A stretch of DNA of 64,000 nucleotides from the NCBI GenBank assembly GCA_032128375.1, contig JAQBGU010000232.1, positions 3,106 to 67,105 of the forward strand, in the 5' to 3' direction. Below the pieces are notes generated by a model that worked only from the letters and a program-made list of their open reading frames with translations, was not told the origin of the DNA and did no database searches. How positions within the stretch are numbered: position 1 is the first letter of the stretch; every line of letters begins with the position of its first letter. Origin of the DNA: Deltaproteobacteria bacterium (GTDB lineage: Bacteria > Myxococcota_A > UBA9160 > SMWR01). The position numbers and the translations under genes were made by a program. Shown piece by piece: positions 8,822 through 16,943 of this stretch.

Positions 8822-9910
8822 TTGACCGACTATCGCGTTATCGACGAGCTTCGCGCCTCAGAGGATCCAAAGCTGCCGTTTGTGGCGAGAGCTCTCGACC
8901 CCGCGGTAGTCGACGATTGCATCGCGCCATTGGTTTGCCGGTCAGATGGCGAAAGGGCCTCGATTCGACTGCATGAAGCTCGGGTCGTGCGACACCGACC
9001 CGGACGCCGCTGTGTGATCGAGTACCGGTTCGGTTCGAAGCAAGCTTCGACTCTTCCCATTTCGCCTCCATGGTCGTCTTGGGTGTTCGGCAAGCTGCGG
9101 GCTCGGGGTGCCGATGTGCGCACCCATCAGGTGCTCGAAGCCTTCTGGGAAGCTGGCTTTCGACCCGACTCCGGGCGAGGTGCGGCCGTCCCAGAACCCA
9201 TTGGCGTCGTGTCGGAACTCCACATGACGATCCAGAGAGGTGTGCCGGGACAGCTTGTAACAGAGTTGGCGAGCGGCCCCGGGGGCGTCGAGGTGATGAG
9301 TCGCGTTGCGGAGGCATTGCATCAGCTCCACTTCGCCGAGGTCACCGCTCGTCGCCGCCACTCGCTGGCCGACGAGCTACGCATCCTGAATGAACAACTC
9401 CGTATCGCGGCGCAAACTCATCCGCAGTGGGGCGAAAGGATCGAACGAATTCTGCGAGCATGCGAGAAGCTCGCGAGCAGTCTGAAGCCTTCACCGCTCA
9501 GGGGCATCCACCGAGATTTTTACCCCGACCAGGTAATCGTCGACGGCGACCGGCTCAGCTTGCTCGATCTCGATCTCTACGCTGTCGGCGACCCTGCGCT
9601 CGACGTCGGCAACTTCGTCGCGCATCTCACCGAGCAGGCGCTTCGCCGCTACGGAGATCCGAATGCGCTTTGCAACGCGGAGCGCGCACTGGAAGAAAAG
9701 TACCTGGAGCTGTCAGGGGAAGTGACACACGATTCAGTGCGGACCTATTCGATCCTCACGCTTGTCCGACACATTCATATCAGCACTAGGCTACCCAGGC
9801 GAAGCCACACGACTGCGGACATCATCGACCTCTGCGAGCAGCGACTCGACATTGCCGAGCGTCCCCGAAATACTCAGAAGTTCAATCGGGCTCGCATGGA
9901 GCCGAGATAA
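8822..9910 (+). CDS. phosphotransferase, APH/eukaryotic-like kinase fold (tandem paralogue)
   Basis: IHRDFYPDQVIVDGDRLSLLDLDLYAVGDPALDVGNFVAHL aligns position by position with the previous gene. TTG start with GGAAGAG upstream. Confidence 0.7.
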   Translation: MTDYRVIDELRASEDPKLPFVARALDPAVVDDCIAPLVCRSDGERASIRLHEARVVRHRPGRRCVIEYRFGSKQASTLPISPPWSSWVFGKLRARGADVRTHQVLEAFWEAGFRPDSGRGAAVPEPIGVVSELHMTIQRGVPGQLVTELASGPGGVEVMSRVAEALHQLHFAEVTARRRHSLADELRILNEQLRIAAQTHPQWGERIERILRACEKLASSLKPSPLRGIHRDFYPDQVIVDGDRLSLLDLDLYAVGDPALDVGNFVAHLTEQALRRYGDPNALCNAERALEEKYLELSGEVTHDSVRTYSILTLVRHIHISTRLPRRSHTTADIIDLCEQRLDIAERPRNTQKFNRARMEPR

Positions 9911-11580
9911 GAGAGTTTTCCATCGTCGCGGCCAAATGCCGCACCGGCCCGGAAGATCGCCCCGACGAGCTTGAGCTCGAAGATCCGGAACTCTTTGATC
10001 CCGATGACCAGGTCGATTTCCTGTCCGATCGATCGATGTCTACCATCGGGGTCGCGCTTGAATCCCACGTCGCGCAAGAACGGCGCGGCTTCTGCCTGGC
10101 GGTAGTGGTGGTAGACAATGTCGAGCGAGCTCTTTGCAAAGAACCGTACACCCAGAGCCGCAGTCAGAATCTGAAGGTTCGAAAGTTCTGGATCGAGAAG
10201 TTCACCGTAGGAGCGAAAGCTCTGAACGCCCCGGAACTTGTGGCTGTTGTCCTCTAGACCCGTTTGGCGGAAGCCGCGGTCTTCCTCCTCCAACATCTTC
10301 CTTTTTCCGGAGCCAAACGCGTAACCCAGGGTCGCTGTCAAACGGCCAGGCAGCTTCGACTGCCAGGTAGTGCGCGCGTCGATCCCCCAGCCCGAGACAT
10401 TGTGACGGTTCACAGAGCGGACCGTCCTTGCGTCATTGGGCCCGCTGTAGTCCGTGAACGTCTCATCGCCCTTGACGCCGGCCACGTCGAGCCAATAGTC
10501 GAGCATTCCAGCGCGACCGAGTTTCCAATTCCCGGCCGCCGAGGCTCCGAACCAGGTCAGATCGGGATCGCTGTCGTCCTCGAACGAGACAGGATCGGGG
10601 CAGCCCCTGCGAAAGAACTCTCTGAATTCCTCGGGAATGCCCGGCGGAATGAGGTTTTCAGGAACACACAAAAGAGTCGGATCTGGGACGAACGGCTCCT
10701 GCACACTCGAGTGATCGTGGCGATGAAGCGCATACAGGCCGAGCTGCTGCTTGTGGGCCCACTCCCATTTCACGCTTCCCAGGATCTGGAGGATATCCTC
10801 GTCGTCCGGTTGGATCGACTCGCCGTACTCCAATCCGAACAGTTGCTCGGCGACCGCGACCTCCGCGTGGACCGTCTCGAGGTCGTAGTGGAGTCGAACT
10901 GCGTCCAAATCCTCATCCCACCACCATTCGCGCTCGTCCGCGAAGCGCTGGCGTCCGGCCTGGAGACTGACCGACGTGCCCAAGAGATCTCCCAGGTACA
11001 GCCATGACTCACCTCGTTGGAATAGCCACTCGCTCGTATTGTCGGCGTCGTCTGCCCACACGAGTTTTCGATAGGCAGCAACGCTTTCGAGATAGACCGA
11101 CACGTTTTCAGTGATCGGGTAGAACAGGTCGACCTGCAAGGCCTGGTTCGCGCGCAGCTGGTCGTCGGCCGGGACATTCCCACGCGCTGAATCTTCTATC
11201 TCGTCGAAGTCGCCGTCGCCGTCGATATCTCGATTGTCGAAATCCTCGAAGTCGAAATCCAGCAGCTTGTCGGTTTCGGACCGCACCACCAGCGTGTAGC
11301 GACCCCCAATCGCCAAGGGTCTGCCGAACAGCGGCAGCGTTATCGGGTGTTGGGGCCGCTCGCGGTCGGGGCGCTCGATGAGCTGCCTTTCCTTCGCCGT
11401 GAGCACGTCCTCGCCGGCCGCCAGGCGTCGTGACATTTGGCGAGGATCCAGGATCTCGCCGGGCTCCAGCGTCTGTGTCTCCGCGAGGTCGACCAGCCCC
11501 GCCGACACGGGGCGCGTGGCGAAAAAACAGGCCAGCGCAATGAGAATCACCCGCGCGACGGTCGCGAGTGTGCTTTCCAT
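9874..11580 (-). CDS. outer-membrane beta-barrel protein, alginate-export (AlgE)-like porin
   Basis: Start at MESTLATVARVILIALACFFATRPVSAG (signal peptide). The body has alternating amphipathic strands rich in Y/W/G/D. C-terminal ...RARLNF (terminal Phe) is typical of BAM substrates. The AlgE-like family call is from memory of the LQAGRQRFADEREWWWDEDLDAVRL region. Confidence 0.6.
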   Translation of the reverse strand: MESTLATVARVILIALACFFATRPVSAGLVDLAETQTLEPGEILDPRQMSRRLAAGEDVLTAKERQLIERPDRERPQHPITLPLFGRPLAIGGRYTLVVRSETDKLLDFDFEDFDNRDIDGDGDFDEIEDSARGNVPADDQLRANQALQVDLFYPITENVSVYLESVAAYRKLVWADDADNTSEWLFQRGESWLYLGDLLGTSVSLQAGRQRFADEREWWWDEDLDAVRLHYDLETVHAEVAVAEQLFGLEYGESIQPDDEDILQILGSVKWEWAHKQQLGLYALHRHDHSSVQEPFVPDPTLLCVPENLIPPGIPEEFREFFRRGCPDPVSFEDDSDPDLTWFGASAAGNWKLGRAGMLDYWLDVAGVKGDETFTDYSGPNDARTVRSVNRHNVSGWGIDARTTWQSKLPGRLTATLGYAFGSGKRKMLEEEDRGFRQTGLEDNSHKFRGVQSFRSYGELLDPELSNLQILTAALGVRFFAKSSLDIVYHHYRQAEAAPFLRDVGFKRDPDGRHRSIGQEIDLVIGIKEFRIFELKLVGAIFRAGAAFGRDDGKLSYLGSMRARLNF

Positions 11581-11632
11581 TGCTCGAGAGCAGCGGCAGC
11601 GGCTGAAATGCGGCATCAGATGACCTGATGGG

Positions 11633-11648
11633 TGCAATTGGAGTGCCA
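11633..11648 (-). promoter_or_regulatory. sigma-54 -24/-12 promoter candidate for the porin gene
   Basis: Minus strand reads TGGCACTccaaTTGCA, a full match to TGGCAC-N5-TTGCA. It lies 53 nt upstream of ATG 11580. Confidence 0.6.
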
Positions 11649-11792
11649 GGTCACTGCGATCGGCACGGGGACCGCTGGCTCGAATCGAGTCCCCATCCGC
11701 GTGAAATCGCGCGGTACGCCGTCAGATCGCGCGATCGCAAGAGCGTCCTGCAACCTGAGGCGCACGTCGGAACTATTCGGCCATATCCGGTG

Positions 11793-11808
11793 CGGCACGC
11801 GTTTTGCA
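11793..11808 (+). promoter_or_regulatory. sigma-54 -24/-12 promoter candidate for the PEP-CTERM/LTD-like gene
   Basis: CGGCACGcgttTTGCA has exact GG-N10-GC spacing. It lies 51 nt upstream of ATG 11859. Confidence 0.5.
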
Positions 11809-11858
11809 ATCGGAAGATCATCAGCAGGCAGGTGAGACTTTCTTGGGGAAATGAGTCA

Positions 11859-14216
11859 ATGAATGGAAATCGATGTTGGCGGTCAATTGGCAGCTGCGCA
11901 CTTCTCGTGTCCCTTTTGCTATGTGTCGGCGGTAACACAGCGGCTGCGCCGCCCGATCATCCGGTGATTACCGAGGTGTTTCAAGAGCCTCTGGCAACAG
12001 GTGGCCCGGTGGGACGCAATCCATCAGACCCCCACCAGGAGTTCATCGAGATCTATCTCCCCCCACTTTCCGACCTCGCACCCGGCCTCAACAAGGACGC
12101 ACTGAATCTGGCGTTCTACGAGATCGACGGCGATAGCTCCAGCCCCAGCTTGACGCGTGTGAACTACCGCATCGACCTTCCCGCTTTCGACCTTGATCCA
12201 AGTAACGGTCTGACTGGCCTACCGCGACCCCCAAGTGGATTGGTCGTGCTCGGTTGGGTGGACTACGTCGGTAATCCCGCCACGGATCTGAAGGGGACTC
12301 CGGGTTCGCGGGTGGCACTGGTCAATCATGGCGTCACGTCGACTGCGGACTATACGTTCATCGCTATCAATGGCGACCAGTTTTCGGGCACGACGAACTT
12401 CCCGGTCCCGGTGGCGATCTCTCACCTGGACCTGATCTCCGATCCGGTGACTGGAAAAATCGAGCAGGGCTCCTCGGTCTACCTTCTGGTCAACCGCGAT
12501 GCACCGGGATACGCCGAAGTTTGTGGTTTTTCCGACCCTGCAGTCTGCAACGACTTCCCCAACCTGCCGGGCGGAACGATCCTCGGGGTGTCGAGCCTGT
12601 TGGACGGTTTTGCCGGCAACGACGACACCGATTTCCTCGTCGATGATCAGCCGACCGACCCAGCCGACAGTACTGTCATCGATCACGAGTTCGTTTTGCC
12701 AATAGGCGGAGCTTTCAGTCTGCTCGTCCCCCAGGTCGCCGAGGAATTCGACGGTTACCAGCGCTGGTTCTTGGACTTCGTGAAGACCACCGAAGACGGC
12801 ATCGCGGGCAATCAGGATCCCGCACTAGACGCGATGAATGGGTACCTCACCGTCTCGAATTTGGGACCGTTCGTACCGACGCCGGGATCGGTGCCCTCTT
12901 CAAACAGCCCCGCCGCTTTGCAACTGGCTCTCCCAGCCCTTCAGATGTTCGACGTCTTGACCAACACCCAGGCATTTCCAGGCCTCGTGGCCGCCAACGC
13001 GGGTGGCAATTTCGGCATCAATATCCTCGCGACACCGGGGAGTTCGAACAATCCATCCGCCATGGGGCTGTCAGCCGGCATGTCGTCTTTCGGCGCGATC
13101 GGGCAATCCGCGATCTCTCCGATCGTGGCGGTCGAGACGTTCGAAAGCACGCCAGCCGGCCACACCCAGATTGTCGGTGTGACGGTCGCAGCGACTAACG
13201 GGGCGCCGTCGGATCCGCCGCTAGTCAACCCCTTTGGCATCGCGATCGCTTTCTACACCGCGATCAATCCGACGACGGGCCTTGACGCGCTCGGGGCACC
13301 GCTGCAGGCGACGGCGTTCGTGGCCATCCAGGGCTTACCCGATCAGGCGAGTGTTGCGAACGAGTTCGCCGCCACGAGCCTGGGTCAATTGATGGCTAGC
13401 CAACTTGGAATCAGTGTTTTCGACACGCGGGGCAACGGCGCTGCGTTGGTCAATCCGGCTACCAATCTTGCGAACGGGCTGGTCTTGGGACCCATGGTCG
13501 CGACTATTCCCACAAACCCGGCGCTTTTCATCAATCCCATCGGCGCCACAGGCAGTCTCGTTTCGACCGTGCTCGGCTCCGCGGAGGTAGTTTCCGGGAA
13601 GACCACCTACAACAACAGCTTCAACGTGGCCAAAACCCTGGTCCAAGCGCGCGAATTCCCGATCCACGAGACTTCGACAACGGGCGGTTTTACCCCGACT
13701 GAGTTCATCCACTACGCCGATGCCACGGGCAAGGCTGGGGACCCCTCGAGCGGGTTGACCGGTGTGCTGACGGGCCGCAGCTTCCAATTGGCACTCATCG
13801 ACACGAATCGGTCGGTCACCGGCTTCCTCGAATCGGGTGCAACGGACGATTTTGGTCTGGTCGTCGAGGTTGGCCAAACACACCCCGGGGCCTCGGTCGT
13901 TCCCGGAGAGTTCGTCTTTCTGAGTCTGATGGGGGGGCTCGAGGGTGCCGATATCGATTCGCTCGACGTGCCGCCGTTCGGCAATCAGACAAACGTGATC
14001 TATCTGGACCTCAGTCCGCTCGACACTGTGATCGGCGTGAAGACTGTCTCGCGGCTATTTGTCGTCGATGGCAGCGGCGGCGGTGAGGTGGACGTCATGG
14101 ACGTGATCGCGCTACCGGAGCCGCACGCGGTGCTCACATTGTTGATCGGCGCAATCCTCTTGTCGCTGATGGCGCGACACCGAGGCGTGAGCGATCAGCC
14201 GGTTCACTCCAGGTAG
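11859..14216 (+). CDS. large secreted PEP-CTERM protein with N-terminal lamin-tail-domain-like segment
   Basis: Start MNGNRCWRSIGSCALLVSLLLCVGGNTAAAP (signal peptide). HPVITEVFQEP...HQEFIEIYLP resembles an LTD. C-terminus ALPEPHAVLTLLIGAILLSLMARHR is a PEP motif, TM helix and basic cluster. The rest is Gly/Ser/Thr/Asn-rich. Confidence 0.75.
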   Translation: MNGNRCWRSIGSCALLVSLLLCVGGNTAAAPPDHPVITEVFQEPLATGGPVGRNPSDPHQEFIEIYLPPLSDLAPGLNKDALNLAFYEIDGDSSSPSLTRVNYRIDLPAFDLDPSNGLTGLPRPPSGLVVLGWVDYVGNPATDLKGTPGSRVALVNHGVTSTADYTFIAINGDQFSGTTNFPVPVAISHLDLISDPVTGKIEQGSSVYLLVNRDAPGYAEVCGFSDPAVCNDFPNLPGGTILGVSSLLDGFAGNDDTDFLVDDQPTDPADSTVIDHEFVLPIGGAFSLLVPQVAEEFDGYQRWFLDFVKTTEDGIAGNQDPALDAMNGYLTVSNLGPFVPTPGSVPSSNSPAALQLALPALQMFDVLTNTQAFPGLVAANAGGNFGINILATPGSSNNPSAMGLSAGMSSFGAIGQSAISPIVAVETFESTPAGHTQIVGVTVAATNGAPSDPPLVNPFGIAIAFYTAINPTTGLDALGAPLQATAFVAIQGLPDQASVANEFAATSLGQLMASQLGISVFDTRGNGAALVNPATNLANGLVLGPMVATIPTNPALFINPIGATGSLVSTVLGSAEVVSGKTTYNNSFNVAKTLVQAREFPIHETSTTGGFTPTEFIHYADATGKAGDPSSGLTGVLTGRSFQLALIDTNRSVTGFLESGATDDFGLVVEVGQTHPGASVVPGEFVFLSLMGGLEGADIDSLDVPPFGNQTNVIYLDLSPLDTVIGVKTVSRLFVVDGSGGGEVDVMDVIALPEPHAVLTLLIGAILLSLMARHRGVSDQPVHSR

Positions 14217-16138
14217 CCGAGCGCACGCAGCTGTTCGATGCTGGATGGAGCGAGTGACTGGCGCTCCGGGCGCGCCCTTTCGTGCAGCGCCATCCGCTGG
14301 AGCCAGCTCTCGAGGCTCGCCCGGAACTCCGTGACGCGCGCCATCTCGCGGGTCGCGACGTCGACCTGCTCGGTCGGATCGCGCGCGATGTCGAAGAGCT
14401 CCTCTGTCGAAGGCGGTGCTCCCGAACAGAGCAGCCACTTTGGAGCGAACGGGTCGTTCTGCGCTGGCGTCGACGAGGGTTCGGTTTTCTCAGCCTCGGC
14501 CGACTGCTTGATGCGCGTGTCGGTTGTCACGACGACGTTCGCGTTCCCGACGTGCAACTTGACTTGTTTGTCGGAAAGCTCCTCGATCCGATCGACGATG
14601 CCCTCGATCTCATCGTCATGAGGCTCGGCACCCAGCTTCTCGAGTTTGTCTGCCTCGATCGAGCGCTGCTTTCCGGCCTTTCCTTCCACTTTGACCCATT
14701 GCCCGACCGCAAGAGTGGCGATGAGCGGCTGCCCCTCGGCCGTAAGCAGGTCCTCTCCGGCGATCACAAAGCCGTGGACGTGCAAAGTGTTCTTGCGTGC
14801 GTCGATCGACTCGATCGCACCGACGAGTTCGACGTCGTCGTCGCCCGGGTCCTTGAAGCTCAGCTTCGATGCACGCATTGTCCCGTCGCCATCAAAAACC
14901 CCCTTCGCCTTCACCCGCACACCGACTCCGAGTCCCGATACACCGATCTTTCCCTCGGCAGCGTGGCTGGAACGCGCCGCTTTGTATGTACGAACGTACT
15001 TCCAGTCACCGCGTCGGACCGAGACACGGTAAACACGCTTATGTCTTGTCTCAGCGACGATCTCGGGCTCGGCGTCGGTCGCGAGCAGCAGATTGCGTCC
15101 CTCGAGATCGGGTGGCGCCGCGACACCCGCGGTACCCAACAGCGTCGGAAACACGTCGATAAGCCGTGCCGGCTCGCTCACCCAACCCACCCGCGTCATC
15201 TTCGGGAGCCTGATCATGAGCGGGATATCGATCACTTCTCGATACAGCGTACCGCCGTGTCCAACGTGCCCGTGGTCGAGCAGTTCCTCGCCGTGGTCCG
15301 ACGTGAGCAAGACGACGGTCTGATCCAACAAATTGCGCTTTCTGAGGTTGCCGAGCAACAGACCGATCTGGTGATCGAGTTGCGCAATGGCCCCATCCTG
15401 CCGGGAGGCGAGCTCTGCGATGTCGGCGTCGGACAGCGTGATGGTTCCGTCATTGATGGAGTTGCGCAGACCCGTCCAGCTGCCGCGATCGAATACACTC
15501 CCCGGAAGCAAACCGGGAAATCGACTGCGGAAAGGCTCGTCTGGCTGAAACGGCCAATGCACGTCGAGGTAATGGAGATAGGCGAAGAAGGGCTGCTCGC
15601 GATCCTGGTCGAGGAATTCGAGGAATTTCTGGTTGATCTCGGATGCGGGCATCTCGCTCTGCTCGTACCGGTCGAAACCCTGGGAAAAACCCTGATTGGC
15701 GGCCAGGTGGGCGTTGTTTGCGAGACCGATGGTCTGGTAACCCCCAGCGCTGAATACTTCTGCGAGTGTGGTGTAGTCCTCCGCGAGGACATCGGATTCG
15801 AGGTTCCCCGCTGCCGCGTGCGCCTCGCCCTCGTACACTCCGTGCTGAATCGGGTAGAGCGAGGTGAACAGGGTTGGGATCGAGGGCTTGGTCCACGGCG
15901 ACTGCGCGAACATCTTGCGAAAGACGATGCTCTCGGCCGCGAGCGAGTCGATGTTGGGAGAGGTGGGTTTGGTGTATCCGTAGTAGCCGAGATGGTCAGA
16001 TCTGAGTGCATCGATGAGCAGCACCAGCACGTTCGGCTGATCCGCGCGCGCGCTGTGCGGCGTGATCAAGACCCATGTCGTGAGTGCAATACCGGCAAAG
16101 TAGAGGGTACACCACTGCTTCCGCACTACGTTACGCAC
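14204..16138 (-). CDS. sulfatase-like alkaline-phosphatase-superfamily enzyme (Thr-type) with inserted DUF5666-like modules
   Basis: Signal peptide, metal site LVLLIDALRSDHLGYYGY, nucleophile region SPWTKPSIPTLFTSLYP (T-x-P-S-I instead of C/S-x-P-x-R), and LTSDHGEELLDHGHVGHG. Residues ~395-545 form a repeated OB-like insertion before the terminal ELFDIARDPTEQ...LRALGYLE. GTG start at 16138 or 16126. Confidence 0.8.
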   Translation of the reverse strand: MRNVVRKQWCTLYFAGIALTTWVLITPHSARADQPNVLVLLIDALRSDHLGYYGYTKPTSPNIDSLAAESIVFRKMFAQSPWTKPSIPTLFTSLYPIQHGVYEGEAHAAAGNLESDVLAEDYTTLAEVFSAGGYQTIGLANNAHLAANQGFSQGFDRYEQSEMPASEINQKFLEFLDQDREQPFFAYLHYLDVHWPFQPDEPFRSRFPGLLPGSVFDRGSWTGLRNSINDGTITLSDADIAELASRQDGAIAQLDHQIGLLLGNLRKRNLLDQTVVLLTSDHGEELLDHGHVGHGGTLYREVIDIPLMIRLPKMTRVGWVSEPARLIDVFPTLLGTAGVAAPPDLEGRNLLLATDAEPEIVAETRHKRVYRVSVRRGDWKYVRTYKAARSSHAAEGKIGVSGLGVGVRVKAKGVFDGDGTMRASKLSFKDPGDDDVELVGAIESIDARKNTLHVHGFVIAGEDLLTAEGQPLIATLAVGQWVKVEGKAGKQRSIEADKLEKLGAEPHDDEIEGIVDRIEELSDKQVKLHVGNANVVVTTDTRIKQSAEAEKTEPSSTPAQNDPFAPKWLLCSGAPPSTEELFDIARDPTEQVDVATREMARVTEFRASLESWLQRMALHERARPERQSLAPSSIEQLRALGYLE

Positions 16139-16209
16139 TTGTTCCGCACTTGTTCCGCACTACGTTCCGTACTTGTTCCGCACTTGTTCGGCATTATGTT
16201 CCGCACAAC
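16119..16209. repeat. tandem array, 8 units of 11-12 bp (TTCCGCACTTG/TTCCGCACTACG), 34-bp higher-order unit
   Basis: Read directly: TTCCGCACTACG TTACGCACTTG TTCCGCACTTG | TTCCGCACTACG TTCCGTACTTG TTCCGCACTTG | TTCGGCATTATG TTCCGCACAAC. It overlaps the first codons of the sulfatase-like gene and fills the divergent intergenic region. Confidence 0.85.
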
Positions 16210-16277
16210 AAAACCCTGTTTCGAATCCGAACCGATGATCATGATGCCCGAAGCATAGCGATCCCGAAAGGAATAAA

Positions 16278-16943
16278 TTGAGCGCAATTCAATCGAGTGT
16301 ACGAGCGACCATCTGTATTTGCCTTTGGCTCCTGGTCACAGGCTCGGGTTGTGCACTTTTCCAGACGGCAAGCCCGACAGGCGGTCAGATCCGATGGGCG
16401 GGACGGGTTGACTTCGACGCGCTCGATGGTCGACTCGCGTTTCGACTCGAGCCATCCGCGAACGGAGTGCGTGTCAAAGATGGAGCCGGCGCCGTTCTGC
16501 TCTCGCTGCGACTCCGAGATGAGACCCTGGTAATCGACAATTCGCTCGGGAAGCCAATCGGCGTCGTGGTTCCGCCGGAACAGGCGGGAGGGCGCTATCG
16601 CATATTGTCTTCCGATGATCGGGCGCTCTTGTTCGAGCTACGTCTAGAGCCGGACGGCGATCTCGAGGTCATCGATGAGAACGGCAAGGTGATCAACGAG
16701 GCCAAACGACGTGGTTATGGATTCAAAGTCGTCGACGAGAGCGGCGAGATGTCGTCGAAGATCCGAATATCAGAGAACAAGATCTCGCTGAGCGACGCCT
16801 CGAGCACGACCTATCTTTCGACGCGAGACCCAATGCCGGCTGTGTCAGCGGCAGCCATCGCGTTCGAAGGTCTCAAATTCCAGTATGCGGTTGCGTTCGC
16901 CGTGGCGATTGCTCACTGGGCACAGCCGGCAATGATCAGGTGA
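16278..16943 (+). CDS. hypothetical lipoprotein
   Basis: 221 aa with TTG start. Lipobox LLVTGSGC after a hydrophobic segment. No recognisable domain. Confidence 0.6.
   Translation: MSAIQSSVRATICICLWLLVTGSGCALFQTASPTGGQIRWAGRVDFDALDGRLAFRLEPSANGVRVKDGAGAVLLSLRLRDETLVIDNSLGKPIGVVVPPEQAGGRYRILSSDDRALLFELRLEPDGDLEVIDENGKVINEAKRRGYGFKVVDESGEMSSKIRISENKISLSDASSTTYLSTRDPMPAVSAAAIAFEGLKFQYAVAFAVAIAHWAQPAMIR

Noticed and set aside
16213-16235. TTCGAATCC string suggestive of a tRNA T-loop
   Set aside because: The flanking bases (cctgt / cgaac) cannot form the T-stem. No acceptor or anticodon arms could be built around it.
14282-16258. 658-aa plus-strand ORF covering the whole sulfatase-like gene
   Set aside because: It is antisense to a gene with clear alkaline-phosphatase-superfamily motifs. 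The translation is Arg/Leu/Val/Asp-rich with no motifs. This is a typical shadow ORF of GC-rich DNA.
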